The position numbers were made by a program, and so were the translations under genes. A DNA stretch of 59,676 nucleotides from an uncultured Flavobacteriales bacterium (lineage in GTDB: Bacteria; Bacteroidota; Bacteroidia; Flavobacteriales_D; CAJJDF01), in NCBI GenBank assembly GCA_964021785.1, contig CAXIAX010000005.1:1-59676 (forward strand), read 5' to 3'. A model generated the notes under the pieces. That model ran no database searches. It worked only from the letters and a program-made list of their open reading frames with translations, and had not been told where the DNA came from. This document shows positions 1-9,071 of this stretch, piece by piece; position 1 is the stretch's first letter; every line of letters starts with the position of its first letter.

Positions 1-60
1 GTAATGATTGGGGATTCTTTGTAGAAAACCGCATTTCAGTCTTCCTTATTCGAATCAGAT

Positions 61-1860
61 TTACTTATAAAAATCTCTAATTGCTTTTGCCTGTTTTTGA
101 TTTACCACTTCCAATAATTGTTCATTGGTGGCAACTTTTATGTTTTTCACATATTTAAAATGCTTAAGTAAAGCCTTAATTGTCACTTCACCTATTCCCT
201 TTATCTCTTCCAATTCCGATTTAAAAGCATTTTTACTCCTTTTGTTTCTGTGGTGAGTAATTCCAAACCTATGCGCTTCATTTCTTAGGTGTTGAATCGT
301 TTTCAATGATTCAGATTTTTTATCGATATACAAAGGCAAAGAATCTCCAGGAAAATATATTTCCTCTAGCCTTTTGGCAATTCCTACAATGGCAATTTTT
401 CCAAACAGCCCTAAATCTGTCAATGCTTTTACTCCTGAGCTCAACTGTCCTTTTCCTCCATCTACAATTACAAGCTGTGGCAAAGATTGATTTTCATCCA
501 TAAGTCGCTTGTATCTTCTATAAACAACCTCCTCCATAGAAGCAAAATCATCTGGTCCTACTACTGTTTTTATATTAAAATGGCGGTAATCTTTTTTACT
601 TGGCTTTGCATTTTTAAACACAACACAAGCCGCTACTGCATTGGTCCCCTGAAAATTGGAATTATCAAAACACTCAATATGAACTGGCCTCTCTTTCAGC
701 CTCAAATCTTTCTGTATCTGATCCACAATCCTTTTCGAGTGTCTCTCTGGATCTACAATACTCAATGTTTTTAGTTTGTCAAATTTAAACTGACGCACAT
801 TGTTCATAGAGAAATCAATCAGTTTTTTCTTGTCTCCTTTTTGAGGAACAATCATTTTTACGGATTCATCCATTTCATAATCCACAGGAATAGAAGTGAA
901 AATAGTTTTAGACGTACTTTTAAATTTATTTCTCAATTCCAAAATTGCCAACTGAAGCATTTCTTCGTTAGTTTCTTCCAGTTTCTTTTTTATCTCAATA
1001 GTACTCGATTGCACTACTGTTCCATTTATCACTTTAATAAAATTTACATATCCCGCATTAATATCCGAATCTATCGTGAACACATCCACATCATTTATTT
1101 TTGGATTAACAACAGTAGATTTGGATTGGTAATTTTTAAGCAATTCTATTTTTTCGTAATTGGCTTGTGCTTTTTCAAACTCCAACTCCTCCGAAAAAAC
1201 CATCATTTCATTTTTCAAGTAATCAATTACACTCTTTGTTTCCCCTTTTAGTATTTGTTTTATTTGGGTAATACTTTGGTTGTAGTTCTCTTCGGACTGA
1301 AATCCCTCACAAGGTCCCAAGCATTTTTTTATGTGGTAATCTAAACAGACTTTAAACTTTTTGTTTTCGATATTCTCTTTAGATAAATTGAACGAACAAC
1401 TTCTTATCTGATATATTTCCTTAATCAGTGAAAGAATAATCTTCATTATCCTTGGATTACTGTACGGTCCAAAATAATCTGATTTATCCTTAATTACGTT
1501 TCTAGTAGAAAAAATTCGAGGAAAACGCTCATTCTTTATACAAATGTAAGGATAGGTTTTATCGTCCTTCAGCAGTATATTATACCTTGGCTGATGTTTT
1601 TTTATTAAAGTGTTCTCCAATAAAAGCGCATCATATTCCGTTGGAGTAACAATGTATTTAATGTCAACAATTTTACTTACCAGTACTCTTGTCTTTTTAT
1701 TGTCAAGATTTTTGGAGTTGAAGTACGAGCGAACTCTATTCTTCAAGTTTTTGGCTTTACCTACGTAAATAATAACCCCTTTGGAATCGAAATAACGATA
1801 CACGCCAGGAGACGAAGGCAAAACGCCTAAAATATTTGATATGTTTTCTGAAGTTTTCAA
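61..1860 (-). CDS. uvrC: Excinuclease ABC subunit C (UvrC)
   Basis: 599-aa ORF. N-terminal GIY-YIG motif (GVYRYF...IYVGKAKNLKNRVRSYF) and C-terminal helix-hairpin-helix region (IKGIGEVTIKALLKHF). Confidence 0.95.
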   Translation of the reverse strand: MKTSENISNILGVLPSSPGVYRYFDSKGVIIYVGKAKNLKNRVRSYFNSKNLDNKKTRVLVSKIVDIKYIVTPTEYDALLLENTLIKKHQPRYNILLKDDKTYPYICIKNERFPRIFSTRNVIKDKSDYFGPYSNPRIMKIILSLIKEIYQIRSCSFNLSKENIENKKFKVCLDYHIKKCLGPCEGFQSEENYNQSITQIKQILKGETKSVIDYLKNEMMVFSEELEFEKAQANYEKIELLKNYQSKSTVVNPKINDVDVFTIDSDINAGYVNFIKVINGTVVQSSTIEIKKKLEETNEEMLQLAILELRNKFKSTSKTIFTSIPVDYEMDESVKMIVPQKGDKKKLIDFSMNNVRQFKFDKLKTLSIVDPERHSKRIVDQIQKDLRLKERPVHIECFDNSNFQGTNAVAACVVFKNAKPSKKDYRHFNIKTVVGPDDFASMEEVVYRRYKRLMDENQSLPQLVIVDGGKGQLSSGVKALTDLGLFGKIAIVGIAKRLEEIYFPGDSLPLYIDKKSESLKTIQHLRNEAHRFGITHHRNKRSKNAFKSELEEIKGIGEVTIKALLKHFKYVKNIKVATNEQLLEVVNQKQAKAIRDFYK

Positions 1861-1928
1861 TATGATTCAAAGTTAAAATATAAAGTAATAATATTCCGCT
1901 ATTCATATTAAAATCCTAACAAAGTTTG

Positions 1929-1936
1929 TATTTTTG
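1929..1936 (+). promoter_or_regulatory. Candidate Bacteroidota -7 promoter box upstream of the usp gene
   Basis: TATTTTTG matches the TAnnTTTG -7 consensus of Bacteroidota sigma-A promoters, about 54 nt before the ATG at 1990. No well-spaced -33 TTTG was seen. Confidence 0.35.
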
Positions 1937-1989
1937 TTAAGTAAACAATTTTCACTTATATTTATAACCGATAACCAAAAAACTAACTC

Positions 1990-2811
1990 ATGAACATTAA
2001 CAAAATTATTGTTGCAACCGATTTTACATCAGTATCAGATACTGCAATTGAACATGCTTTAAAATTAGCTTCCGTTACTAAGGGAGAAGTTTTTGTACTT
2101 CATGTAATTATAGAAAATGTTGGCGTAGAAGGCGCAAAATTGAAAATTGCTAAACAGTTAGAATCTAAAAACGTAGGAGATGTAAAAGTATCATCAATGG
2201 TTCGAATTGGTAATTTTATTAATGAAATTGGAAATGCAGCTACAGAAATTGGAGCTCAACTAATCATTATGGGTACTCACGGACCTAGAGGATTGGTTCA
2301 AAATATTACAGGTGGTGATGCAATGAAAGTTATTACCCACTCAGAAAAACCATTTATTGTAGTACAAGAAAAAGGAATAAAAGAAACGGGTTACGATAAC
2401 ATTATTGTACCAATGGATATGACTGATGACTCTAAACAAAAATTAGATGAGGTTGCTGATATCGCAAAATATTTCAATTCTAAAATTCACATTATTGCTA
2501 AGTTTGAAAAAGACAAATCTTTGTTTGCTAAGCTAAAGAATAATGTTCTTTTTGCTAAAAAATACTATACTGAAAAAGGAATTGATTTTGCAATTGTAGT
2601 AACTGAACCAAAATCTGATTTTGAAAAAGAAATTATAAAATATGCTATTGATAATGATGCAGATTTAATTGCAATTATCAACTCACTAAAAGCTAACATC
2701 TTTGGAAGTTTATTTGCAAGCAGAAGAGAAGAGCAAATCATCACAAACGAAGCACAAATACCGGTTTTATGTGTTAATCCTATTGATGTTAAGTCTGGAT
2801 ACTCCATGTAA
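1990..2811 (+). CDS. Universal stress protein family protein (tandem Usp domains)
   Basis: 273 aa. Two Usp-like halves (KIIVATDFTSVSDTAIEHAL...IIMGTHG and NIIVPMDMTDDSKQKL...). Confidence 0.8.
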   Translation: MNINKIIVATDFTSVSDTAIEHALKLASVTKGEVFVLHVIIENVGVEGAKLKIAKQLESKNVGDVKVSSMVRIGNFINEIGNAATEIGAQLIIMGTHGPRGLVQNITGGDAMKVITHSEKPFIVVQEKGIKETGYDNIIVPMDMTDDSKQKLDEVADIAKYFNSKIHIIAKFEKDKSLFAKLKNNVLFAKKYYTEKGIDFAIVVTEPKSDFEKEIIKYAIDNDADLIAIINSLKANIFGSLFASRREEQIITNEAQIPVLCVNPIDVKSGYSM

Positions 2812-2833
2812 TTAATCGAACACAAAATTTAAT

Positions 2834-2869
2834 AAGCCATTCTCACTCCTGTGGGGATGGCTTTTTTTA
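2834..2869 (+). terminator. Rho-independent terminator after the usp gene
   Basis: AAGCCATTCTCAC-TCCT-GTGGGGATGGCTT stem-loop followed by a T7 run. Confidence 0.8.
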
Positions 2870-2988
2870 TGTACCAAAAAGAACATTGTTTATTATTAAA
2901 CTTGGTACAAACGGCTAGTTTTACTAATTTCGATAATTATTTTCACTCCATTTGTGAAATCAAACAGCATATAAATTTAAAAAAGAAT

Positions 2989-4221
2989 ATGAAAGATTTA
3001 TTAAATAAATTTGAAAACAAAAAACCAGAAATTGTTTTTGAATGGAAGGATTCTGAAACAGAAGCAGAAGGATGGGTAGTTATAAACTCACTAAGAGGTG
3101 GAGCTGCTGGAGGTGGAACAAGAATGAGAGTAGGATTAGATAAGCATGAAGTAACTTCATTGGCAAAAACAATGGAAGTTAAATTTTCAGTTTCTGGACC
3201 AGCAATTGGAGGAGCAAAATCTGGAATTAATTTTGACCCAACTGACCCAAGAAAAGAAGGAGTATTGAAAAGATGGTACCACGCAGTATCACCACTTCTT
3301 AAAAGTTACTACGGAACAGGAGGAGATTTAAATGTAGACGAAATACACGAAGTAATTCCAATGACGGAAGATTGTGGTGTATGGCATCCACAAGAAGGTG
3401 TTTTTAACGGACATTTTCAACCTACAGAACCTCAAAAAATTCATAGAATAGGACAATTAAGAAGAGGAGTACTACAAGTAATAGAAGACGAAAGTTACAC
3501 ACCAAAAGCTGCCAACAAATATGTAGTAGCTGATATGATTACTGGATGGGGAGTTGCTGAATCTGTAAAACATTATTACAACATTTACGGAGGAAACCTA
3601 AAAGGAAAAAGAGTAGTAGTACAAGGTTGGGGAAATGTAGGTTCTGCAGGAGCTTATTACCTAGCACAAAGCGGAGCTAAGATTGTAGGAATAATTGACC
3701 GTGATGGTGGATTAATTAATGAAAATGGATTTTCATTGGAAGAAGTAAGAGAATTATTTGTTACTAAAAACGGAAACGCTCTTTCTCACCCAGATATGAT
3801 TCCTTTTGCAGAGATTAATGATAAAATTTGGGATGTACAAGCAGAAGTATTTATTCCTTGTGCAGCATCAAGATTAATCAAACAAGACCAAGTAGACAAA
3901 ATGATTACTTCTGGAATTGAAGTTATTGCTTGTGGAGCAAATGTACCGTTTGCGGATCAAGAAATTTTCTTCGGACCAATTGCTGAATATGCAGATAGCA
4001 AAATTAGTATTATTCCAGATTTCATTGCAAACTGTGGAATGGCAAGAGTATTTGCTTACCTAATGAGTAATGACTTACCACCAGTTATGTCTGACGCTTC
4101 TATTTTTGAAGACACTTCAGATATTATTGAAAAAGCAATGAAAGATGCCTACAGAACTAATAATTCTAAAACAAACATTGCAAAAACTGCTTTTGAAATA
4201 GCATTAAACAAATTAATCTAA
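2989..4221 (+). CDS. Glu/Leu/Phe/Val dehydrogenase superfamily protein, non-canonical (substrate unclear)
   Basis: The ORF track starts at GTG 2851, but that extension overlaps the upstream terminator hairpin, so ATG 2989 (MKDLLNKF...) is preferred. Dehydrogenase motifs: GGAAGGGTRM, catalytic-Lys region GGAKSG, Rossmann GWGNVGSAGA. Confidence 0.85.
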   Translation: MKDLLNKFENKKPEIVFEWKDSETEAEGWVVINSLRGGAAGGGTRMRVGLDKHEVTSLAKTMEVKFSVSGPAIGGAKSGINFDPTDPRKEGVLKRWYHAVSPLLKSYYGTGGDLNVDEIHEVIPMTEDCGVWHPQEGVFNGHFQPTEPQKIHRIGQLRRGVLQVIEDESYTPKAANKYVVADMITGWGVAESVKHYYNIYGGNLKGKRVVVQGWGNVGSAGAYYLAQSGAKIVGIIDRDGGLINENGFSLEEVRELFVTKNGNALSHPDMIPFAEINDKIWDVQAEVFIPCAASRLIKQDQVDKMITSGIEVIACGANVPFADQEIFFGPIAEYADSKISIIPDFIANCGMARVFAYLMSNDLPPVMSDASIFEDTSDIIEKAMKDAYRTNNSKTNIAKTAFEIALNKLI

Positions 4222-4234
4222 TAACTAATAAACC

Positions 4235-5596
4235 ATGGAAATATTAATTGTAGCTGTATTTATTCTAGGATATGCAGCAATAACATTAGAGCACAATCTA
4301 AAAATAGACAAATTAGTACCTGCACTATTGATGATGGCAATTGCTTGGGCAATTGTAGCTCTTGGCCTGGATGGATTTGAAAATTGGTTTGACTCTCACG
4401 AGGGGAAATTAATTGACGGATTCAAAGATTTGCCCTACATGGCAGAAGGTCATGAGACAGTAACAAAAAGTTCTATTTTTCAGAACACCTTGCTGCACCA
4501 CTTTGGTAAGACTTGCGAAATCTTAATCTTCCTTATTGGGGCTATGACTATTGTAGAAATCATTGATTATTTTGATGGATTCTCTACCATCAAAAAGTTT
4601 ATTAAGACTAACAAAAAAAGAACTTTACTTTGGATAGTTTCTATCCTTGCCTTTATTTTATCTGCTATCATAGATAACTTAACTGCAACTATCGTTCTAA
4701 TTACAATTCTTAGAAAACTTATTGCAAGTAAAGAAGACAGAATGTGGTTTGCTGGTATGATTATCATTACAGCAAATGCTGGAGGAGCTTGGTCTCCTAT
4801 TGGTGATGTTACCACTACTATGTTATGGATGGCACACAAAGTATCGGCACTTAAATTGGTAGAGTTACTTATTATACCTTCTCTAGTTTGTATGATTATC
4901 CCTACATTAATTGCTAGCTACATGAAACCATTCAAAGGAAACTTTGAACCAATGGAAGACGATAATCTTCCTAACAAATATTCTGCTCCAATGCTATACA
5001 TTGGGTTAGCATTAATTGTTTCTGTACCTGTTTTCAAAACTGTAACACACTTACCTCCTTACATAGGAATGATGTTGGCTTTGGGTATTTTCACTGTGTT
5101 TGCTGAAGCATTTAGCAAAAGAGCATTTGATATTTCTCACGCAGGAGTAGACGATCACCATAGCCCTGTGCACAAAGCATTAACAAGAATAGAAATGCCT
5201 AGTTTATTATTTTTCTTAGGAATCTTAATGACAGTAGCAGCACTAGAATCTTTGGGGATGATATTCCAATTTGGTAAATCTGTAGAAGGATCTATCGGAA
5301 CAGATTTATTTGTTGTAATACTTGGAGGTGCATCTGCAATTGTAGATAACGTACCACTTGTAGCTGCAAGTATGGGAATGTTTCCTGATTTAGGAATGGA
5401 TCACCCAACATGGCACTTTATTGCTTATGCTGCAGGAACAGGAGGAAGTATGCTAATCATAGGATCGGCTGCTGGAGTAGTAGCAATGGGAATGGAAAAA
5501 ATCTCATTCTTCTGGTATTTAAAAAACATTGCTTTATTAGCATTAGTTGGTTATTTATCAGGAATAGGAGTCCTATATTTATTAGAACTAGCCTAA
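4235..5596 (+). CDS. nhaD: Na+/H+ antiporter, NhaD / ArsB-NhaD permease superfamily
   Basis: 453-aa polytopic membrane protein. Overall resemblance to NhaD-type antiporters (IIDNLTATIV, NAGGAWSPIGDVTTTMLW, DNVPLVAA). Confidence 0.75.
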   Translation: MEILIVAVFILGYAAITLEHNLKIDKLVPALLMMAIAWAIVALGLDGFENWFDSHEGKLIDGFKDLPYMAEGHETVTKSSIFQNTLLHHFGKTCEILIFLIGAMTIVEIIDYFDGFSTIKKFIKTNKKRTLLWIVSILAFILSAIIDNLTATIVLITILRKLIASKEDRMWFAGMIIITANAGGAWSPIGDVTTTMLWMAHKVSALKLVELLIIPSLVCMIIPTLIASYMKPFKGNFEPMEDDNLPNKYSAPMLYIGLALIVSVPVFKTVTHLPPYIGMMLALGIFTVFAEAFSKRAFDISHAGVDDHHSPVHKALTRIEMPSLLFFLGILMTVAALESLGMIFQFGKSVEGSIGTDLFVVILGGASAIVDNVPLVAASMGMFPDLGMDHPTWHFIAYAAGTGGSMLIIGSAAGVVAMGMEKISFFWYLKNIALLALVGYLSGIGVLYLLELA

Positions 5597-5616
5597 CTAA
5601 ATCATAAAAAAAGTTT

Positions 5617-5650
5617 AAAATCCTCTCAGTTATCTGAGGGGATTTTTTTT
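5617..5650 (+). terminator. Rho-independent terminator after nhaD
   Basis: AAAATCCTCTCAG-TTAT-CTGAGGGGATTTT stem-loop followed by a T run. Confidence 0.75.
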
Positions 5651-5829
5651 GCTTAAATATCAACTGTTTTAGTAAAAATCCACACAAATTCCATTTACAT
5701 AGAGATTCGATTACAATCCAAACACAATAAAACTAACATCCTTGTGTTTACAATTAAAGCAACTACTCATAGCAAAATAGCATGAGAAGTGTAATTTTAT
5801 CTTGTTATTAAAAATAAAAACCTAACTCA

Positions 5830-6522
5830 ATGATACAAACGCCTAATAATGCTGGAGCCGTAGCAGATTCACTAGCAAATACTGTTGCGCCTGATATGTC
5901 AATAATGGAAATTATTGTAGAATCTAATTCGTGGTATATTCTAATTCCATTGTTATTAATGTCAATTTATGCTATTTATATTTTTGTAGAAAAATTTATG
6001 GCATTGAGAAAAGCTGGAAATGAAGAAGAGCAATTCATGGCTAGAATAAAAGATTATGTGCAAGAAGGAAAACTAGACTCTGCAAAAAGTCTTTGTGCAT
6101 CTACAGATAGCCCTGTAGCTAGAATGGTAGACAAAGGAGTGTCTAGAATTGGAAAACCAATGCAAGATATTAAAGCATCTGTAGAGAACGTAGGAAAACT
6201 AGAAATCTCTAGGTTAGAAAACAATGTATCTGCACTAGCAACTATCTCAGGAATTGCACCAATGATTGGTTTCTTAGGAACTGTATTGGGGATGATAAAA
6301 GTATTTTATGATTTGAAAAACACAGGAATTAAAGCCGATTTCCTTGAAACACTTTCAGGAGGAATTATGATGGCAATGGTTACTACGGTAGCTGGTCTTA
6401 TCGTAGGGATTTTAGCTTATTTCTTTTACAACTTTTTGGTATCAAGAGTATCTAAAGTGGTACAAAACATGGAAGCTCACTCGATAGAGTTTATTGATAT
6501 TTTGGAAGAGCCAGGAAACTAA
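5830..6522 (+). CDS. exbB: MotA/TolQ/ExbB proton-channel family protein
   Basis: 230 aa, 3 TM segments. Conserved C-terminal channel region (IAPMIGFLGTVLGMI...GGIMMAMVTTVAGL). Confidence 0.85.
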   Translation: MIQTPNNAGAVADSLANTVAPDMSIMEIIVESNSWYILIPLLLMSIYAIYIFVEKFMALRKAGNEEEQFMARIKDYVQEGKLDSAKSLCASTDSPVARMVDKGVSRIGKPMQDIKASVENVGKLEISRLENNVSALATISGIAPMIGFLGTVLGMIKVFYDLKNTGIKADFLETLSGGIMMAMVTTVAGLIVGILAYFFYNFLVSRVSKVVQNMEAHSIEFIDILEEPGN

Positions 6523-6567
6523 AAGTTCCTTCTTTCAATAATTTCAAACCAAAAAAAATAAAACATT

Positions 6568-6957
6568 ATGAGTTTAATAAGTCAAAATAAAGTCAAAATA
6601 GAAGGCGGAATGTCTTCCATGACGGATTTAGTATTCTTGCTTTTGATATTCTTTATCATCTTATCTGCACTTGCAAAAAATGCAGTAGATGTAGATTTAC
6701 CTGAAGGAGGAACAACATCAGACCCAAAAGCTGCAATGGCAAGTGTGGTGGTTCAGCCAGACAATACTATTTTGCTAAATAACAAAGTAATTCAGTTCGA
6801 ACAATTGGGTGATGCAATAGAAGCAGCAATTGCTACAGACCCAGATAGAGTTGTAGAACTATACGGAGACAAAACTTCTGATTATGGAGTTGCTATCCAA
6901 ATTATTTCACTAGCCAAGGAAAGAAAGATGAAAATCGCCATCATGGCTGACAAATAA
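6568..6957 (+). CDS. exbD: Biopolymer transport protein ExbD/TolR
   Basis: 129 aa. N-terminal TM with the typical MTDLVFLLLIFFII segment. Lies directly after exbB. Confidence 0.85.
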   Translation: MSLISQNKVKIEGGMSSMTDLVFLLLIFFIILSALAKNAVDVDLPEGGTTSDPKAAMASVVVQPDNTILLNNKVIQFEQLGDAIEAAIATDPDRVVELYGDKTSDYGVAIQIISLAKERKMKIAIMADK

Positions 6958-7022
6958 AAGAGTAGAAATAAAACTTTTTAAACTAATCTTCGTTTAAGAA
7001 AGGAAACCATATTTACATTACC

Positions 7023-7751
7023 ATGAGTAAAGACGAAAAGAAAAATAGAAAAGTTGGATTAATTGTATCAGGTGCTACGCACTTGTTGGTTATTCTTTTG
7101 CTTTTTGCTTTCACTATGGGAACGGAACAAAAAGAGGAAGAGCCTGTTTTATTATTAATGGACTTCACTCCAAATGGATCAAGTTCTAGAGGAGGAAGCT
7201 CAGCTTCACCTACTCCATCAGAAACTGTAACGCCAGAACCACAAGCGGCAGTAGAGCCTGTAGTAACGCAAAAGACAGAGTCTCCAGTAAAAAAATCAGA
7301 CAAGAAAGCTAGCAAAAGCACATCAACTTCTACCACTACCGAACCTAAAACAAATTCTCAAGCCTCAGCAGCAGGAGCTTTTGGAGGAGATGGTAGCGGA
7401 CAAGGAAATGGATCGGGAGACGGAAACGGAGATGATTCTGGAATAGGAGAAAATGATGGAACTGGACCTGGACTGAAAGGTTTTGGTAAAATTGGATCGG
7501 GAGACGGGTCTAATCCAAAATTTGATAACCCAACTCAAGAACAAGGAAAAGTGCTAGTAAAGCTATTTGTAAATAGAAAAGGAAGAGTAACTAGTGTAGA
7601 AGTTTTATCGAGTAGAAGTGAAACTACTACCTCTGATGCTGTGTTATTGAACAAAGCAAAAAAAGATGGAATGCAATATGTTTTTTCTGCCAACAGCAAA
7701 CGAGAAGAAATAAGTATAGCTTACCGTTTAATTAACTATACGCTTCAATAA
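7023..7751 (+). CDS. TonB-like energy transducer with Ser/Thr/Gly/Asp-rich linker
   Basis: 242 aa. N-terminal TM anchor, long low-complexity linker, C-terminal TonB-C-like region (GKVLVKLFVNRKGRVTSVEV). Position after exbB-exbD. Confidence 0.6.
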   Translation: MSKDEKKNRKVGLIVSGATHLLVILLLFAFTMGTEQKEEEPVLLLMDFTPNGSSSRGGSSASPTPSETVTPEPQAAVEPVVTQKTESPVKKSDKKASKSTSTSTTTEPKTNSQASAAGAFGGDGSGQGNGSGDGNGDDSGIGENDGTGPGLKGFGKIGSGDGSNPKFDNPTQEQGKVLVKLFVNRKGRVTSVEVLSSRSETTTSDAVLLNKAKKDGMQYVFSANSKREEISIAYRLINYTLQ

Positions 7752-7758
7752 ATTTTCT

Positions 7759-8979
7759 GTGAATACATACCAAGAAACTTTAGACTTTCTATTTTCACAG
7801 CTTCCACAATATCAAAAAATAGGTGGTAAAGCCTACAAAGCAGATTTAAGTAATATCACAAGAATATGTGAACTACTAAACAATCCGCAACACCACATAA
7901 AAACAATTCATGTAGCAGGAACCAACGGAAAGGGTTCTACTTCGCACATGATTGCCTCAGTGCTTCAAGAAGCAGGATACAAGGTTGGATTATACACTTC
8001 GCCTCACCTCAAAGATTTTAGAGAAAGAATAAGGATAAACGGAGAGTCTATTTCTGAACAAAAAGTAATTGATTTTGTAGGCAACTACAAACACCTAATG
8101 AAAGAAGTAAACCCTTCTTTTTTTGAATGGACTGTTGGTTTAGCTTTTCACTATTTTGAACAAGAAAAAACCGACATTAATGTAATTGAAACGGGACTTG
8201 GAGGAAGATTGGATTCTACTAATATTATTTCGCCAGAGGTTTCTGTCATTACAAATATCTCGTTAGAACATACAGCAATATTAGGCGATACAATAGAATT
8301 AATCGCCAAAGAAAAAGCTGGAATAATAAAAAAAAATACGCCCATAGTAATTGGAGAATCTACTTCTATTACAAAACCTATTTTTACAAAAATTGCAGAA
8401 GATTTAAAGGCCCCAATCTATTTTTGCGAGTCAAATAATCTTAAACAATACAAACTAGATTTAAGAGGAAATATTCAGCAAAAAAATGCCAAAGCTTGCG
8501 CCAAAACTATGGAAGCCTTACAAGAAAAAGGATGGAAAATTAGCGAAGCCAATCTTATTACTGGTTTGCAATCGGTTGTTAAGAATACTCAACTTCTAGG
8601 AAGATTTCAGGTGATTCAAAAAGATCCTCTGGTTGTTTTTGATACAGCTCACAATCCTCACGGAATTGAATCCTTGATAAAGGAAATCTCGACTTTAAGC
8701 TACAAAAAACTAAGAGTTGTAATTGGGATGGCTAACGACAAAAATCACAAAGAAACTTTAAATTTATTTCCTCTTAAAACAAAATTCTATTTCTGCTCCT
8801 CTACCAATGAAAGAGTGCTAAAAGGAAAAGAACTAAAGGAAATAGCTATGAGCTTTGAAAAAAAAGGTAATTCCTATAAATCGGTACAAAAAGGACTAAA
8901 GAAAGCCTTAAAAAAGGCTGACAAAGAAGATCTTATTTTGGTTACAGGAAGTAATTTCATTGTTGCAGACGCTCTCTAG
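7759..8979 (+). CDS. folC: Bifunctional folylpolyglutamate synthase / dihydrofolate synthase
   Basis: 406 aa, GTG start. Mur-ligase P-loop HVAGTNGKGST and an overall FolC-like sequence. Confidence 0.9.
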   Translation: MNTYQETLDFLFSQLPQYQKIGGKAYKADLSNITRICELLNNPQHHIKTIHVAGTNGKGSTSHMIASVLQEAGYKVGLYTSPHLKDFRERIRINGESISEQKVIDFVGNYKHLMKEVNPSFFEWTVGLAFHYFEQEKTDINVIETGLGGRLDSTNIISPEVSVITNISLEHTAILGDTIELIAKEKAGIIKKNTPIVIGESTSITKPIFTKIAEDLKAPIYFCESNNLKQYKLDLRGNIQQKNAKACAKTMEALQEKGWKISEANLITGLQSVVKNTQLLGRFQVIQKDPLVVFDTAHNPHGIESLIKEISTLSYKKLRVVIGMANDKNHKETLNLFPLKTKFYFCSSTNERVLKGKELKEIAMSFEKKGNSYKSVQKGLKKALKKADKEDLILVTGSNFIVADAL

Positions 8980-9071
8980 AATCAAGACCTCTATCCTTAT
9001 AAAACTTTAAAGGTCAAATGATTTGAACTACACTCAAATTAATGTAAATTAGTACAACCAATCCTCATCCC

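Noticed and set aside
306-1251. Three plus-strand ORFs (65, 95 and 136 aa) inside the uvrC region
   Set aside because: They lie entirely antisense to a full-length, motif-bearing uvrC. Their translations are Phe/Ile/Leu-rich low-complexity sequence typical of the reverse frame of AT-rich genes.
2902-2917. TGGTAC-AAACG-GCTA as a possible sigma-54 promoter for the first dehydrogenase
   Set aside because: The GG-to-GC spacing is 2 nt too short relative to TGGCAC-N5-TTGC, and the -24 element has a mismatch.
2851-2988. N-terminal 46-codon extension (GTG start) of the dehydrogenase ORF
   Set aside because: The extension begins inside the stem-loop and T tract of the usp terminator (2834-2869) and encodes non-conserved-looking sequence. 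ATG 2989 gives a normal N-terminus.
7013-7336. 107-aa minus-strand ORF
   Set aside because: It is antisense to the TonB-like gene and falls in its GC-richer low-complexity linker, where open reverse frames are expected by chance.
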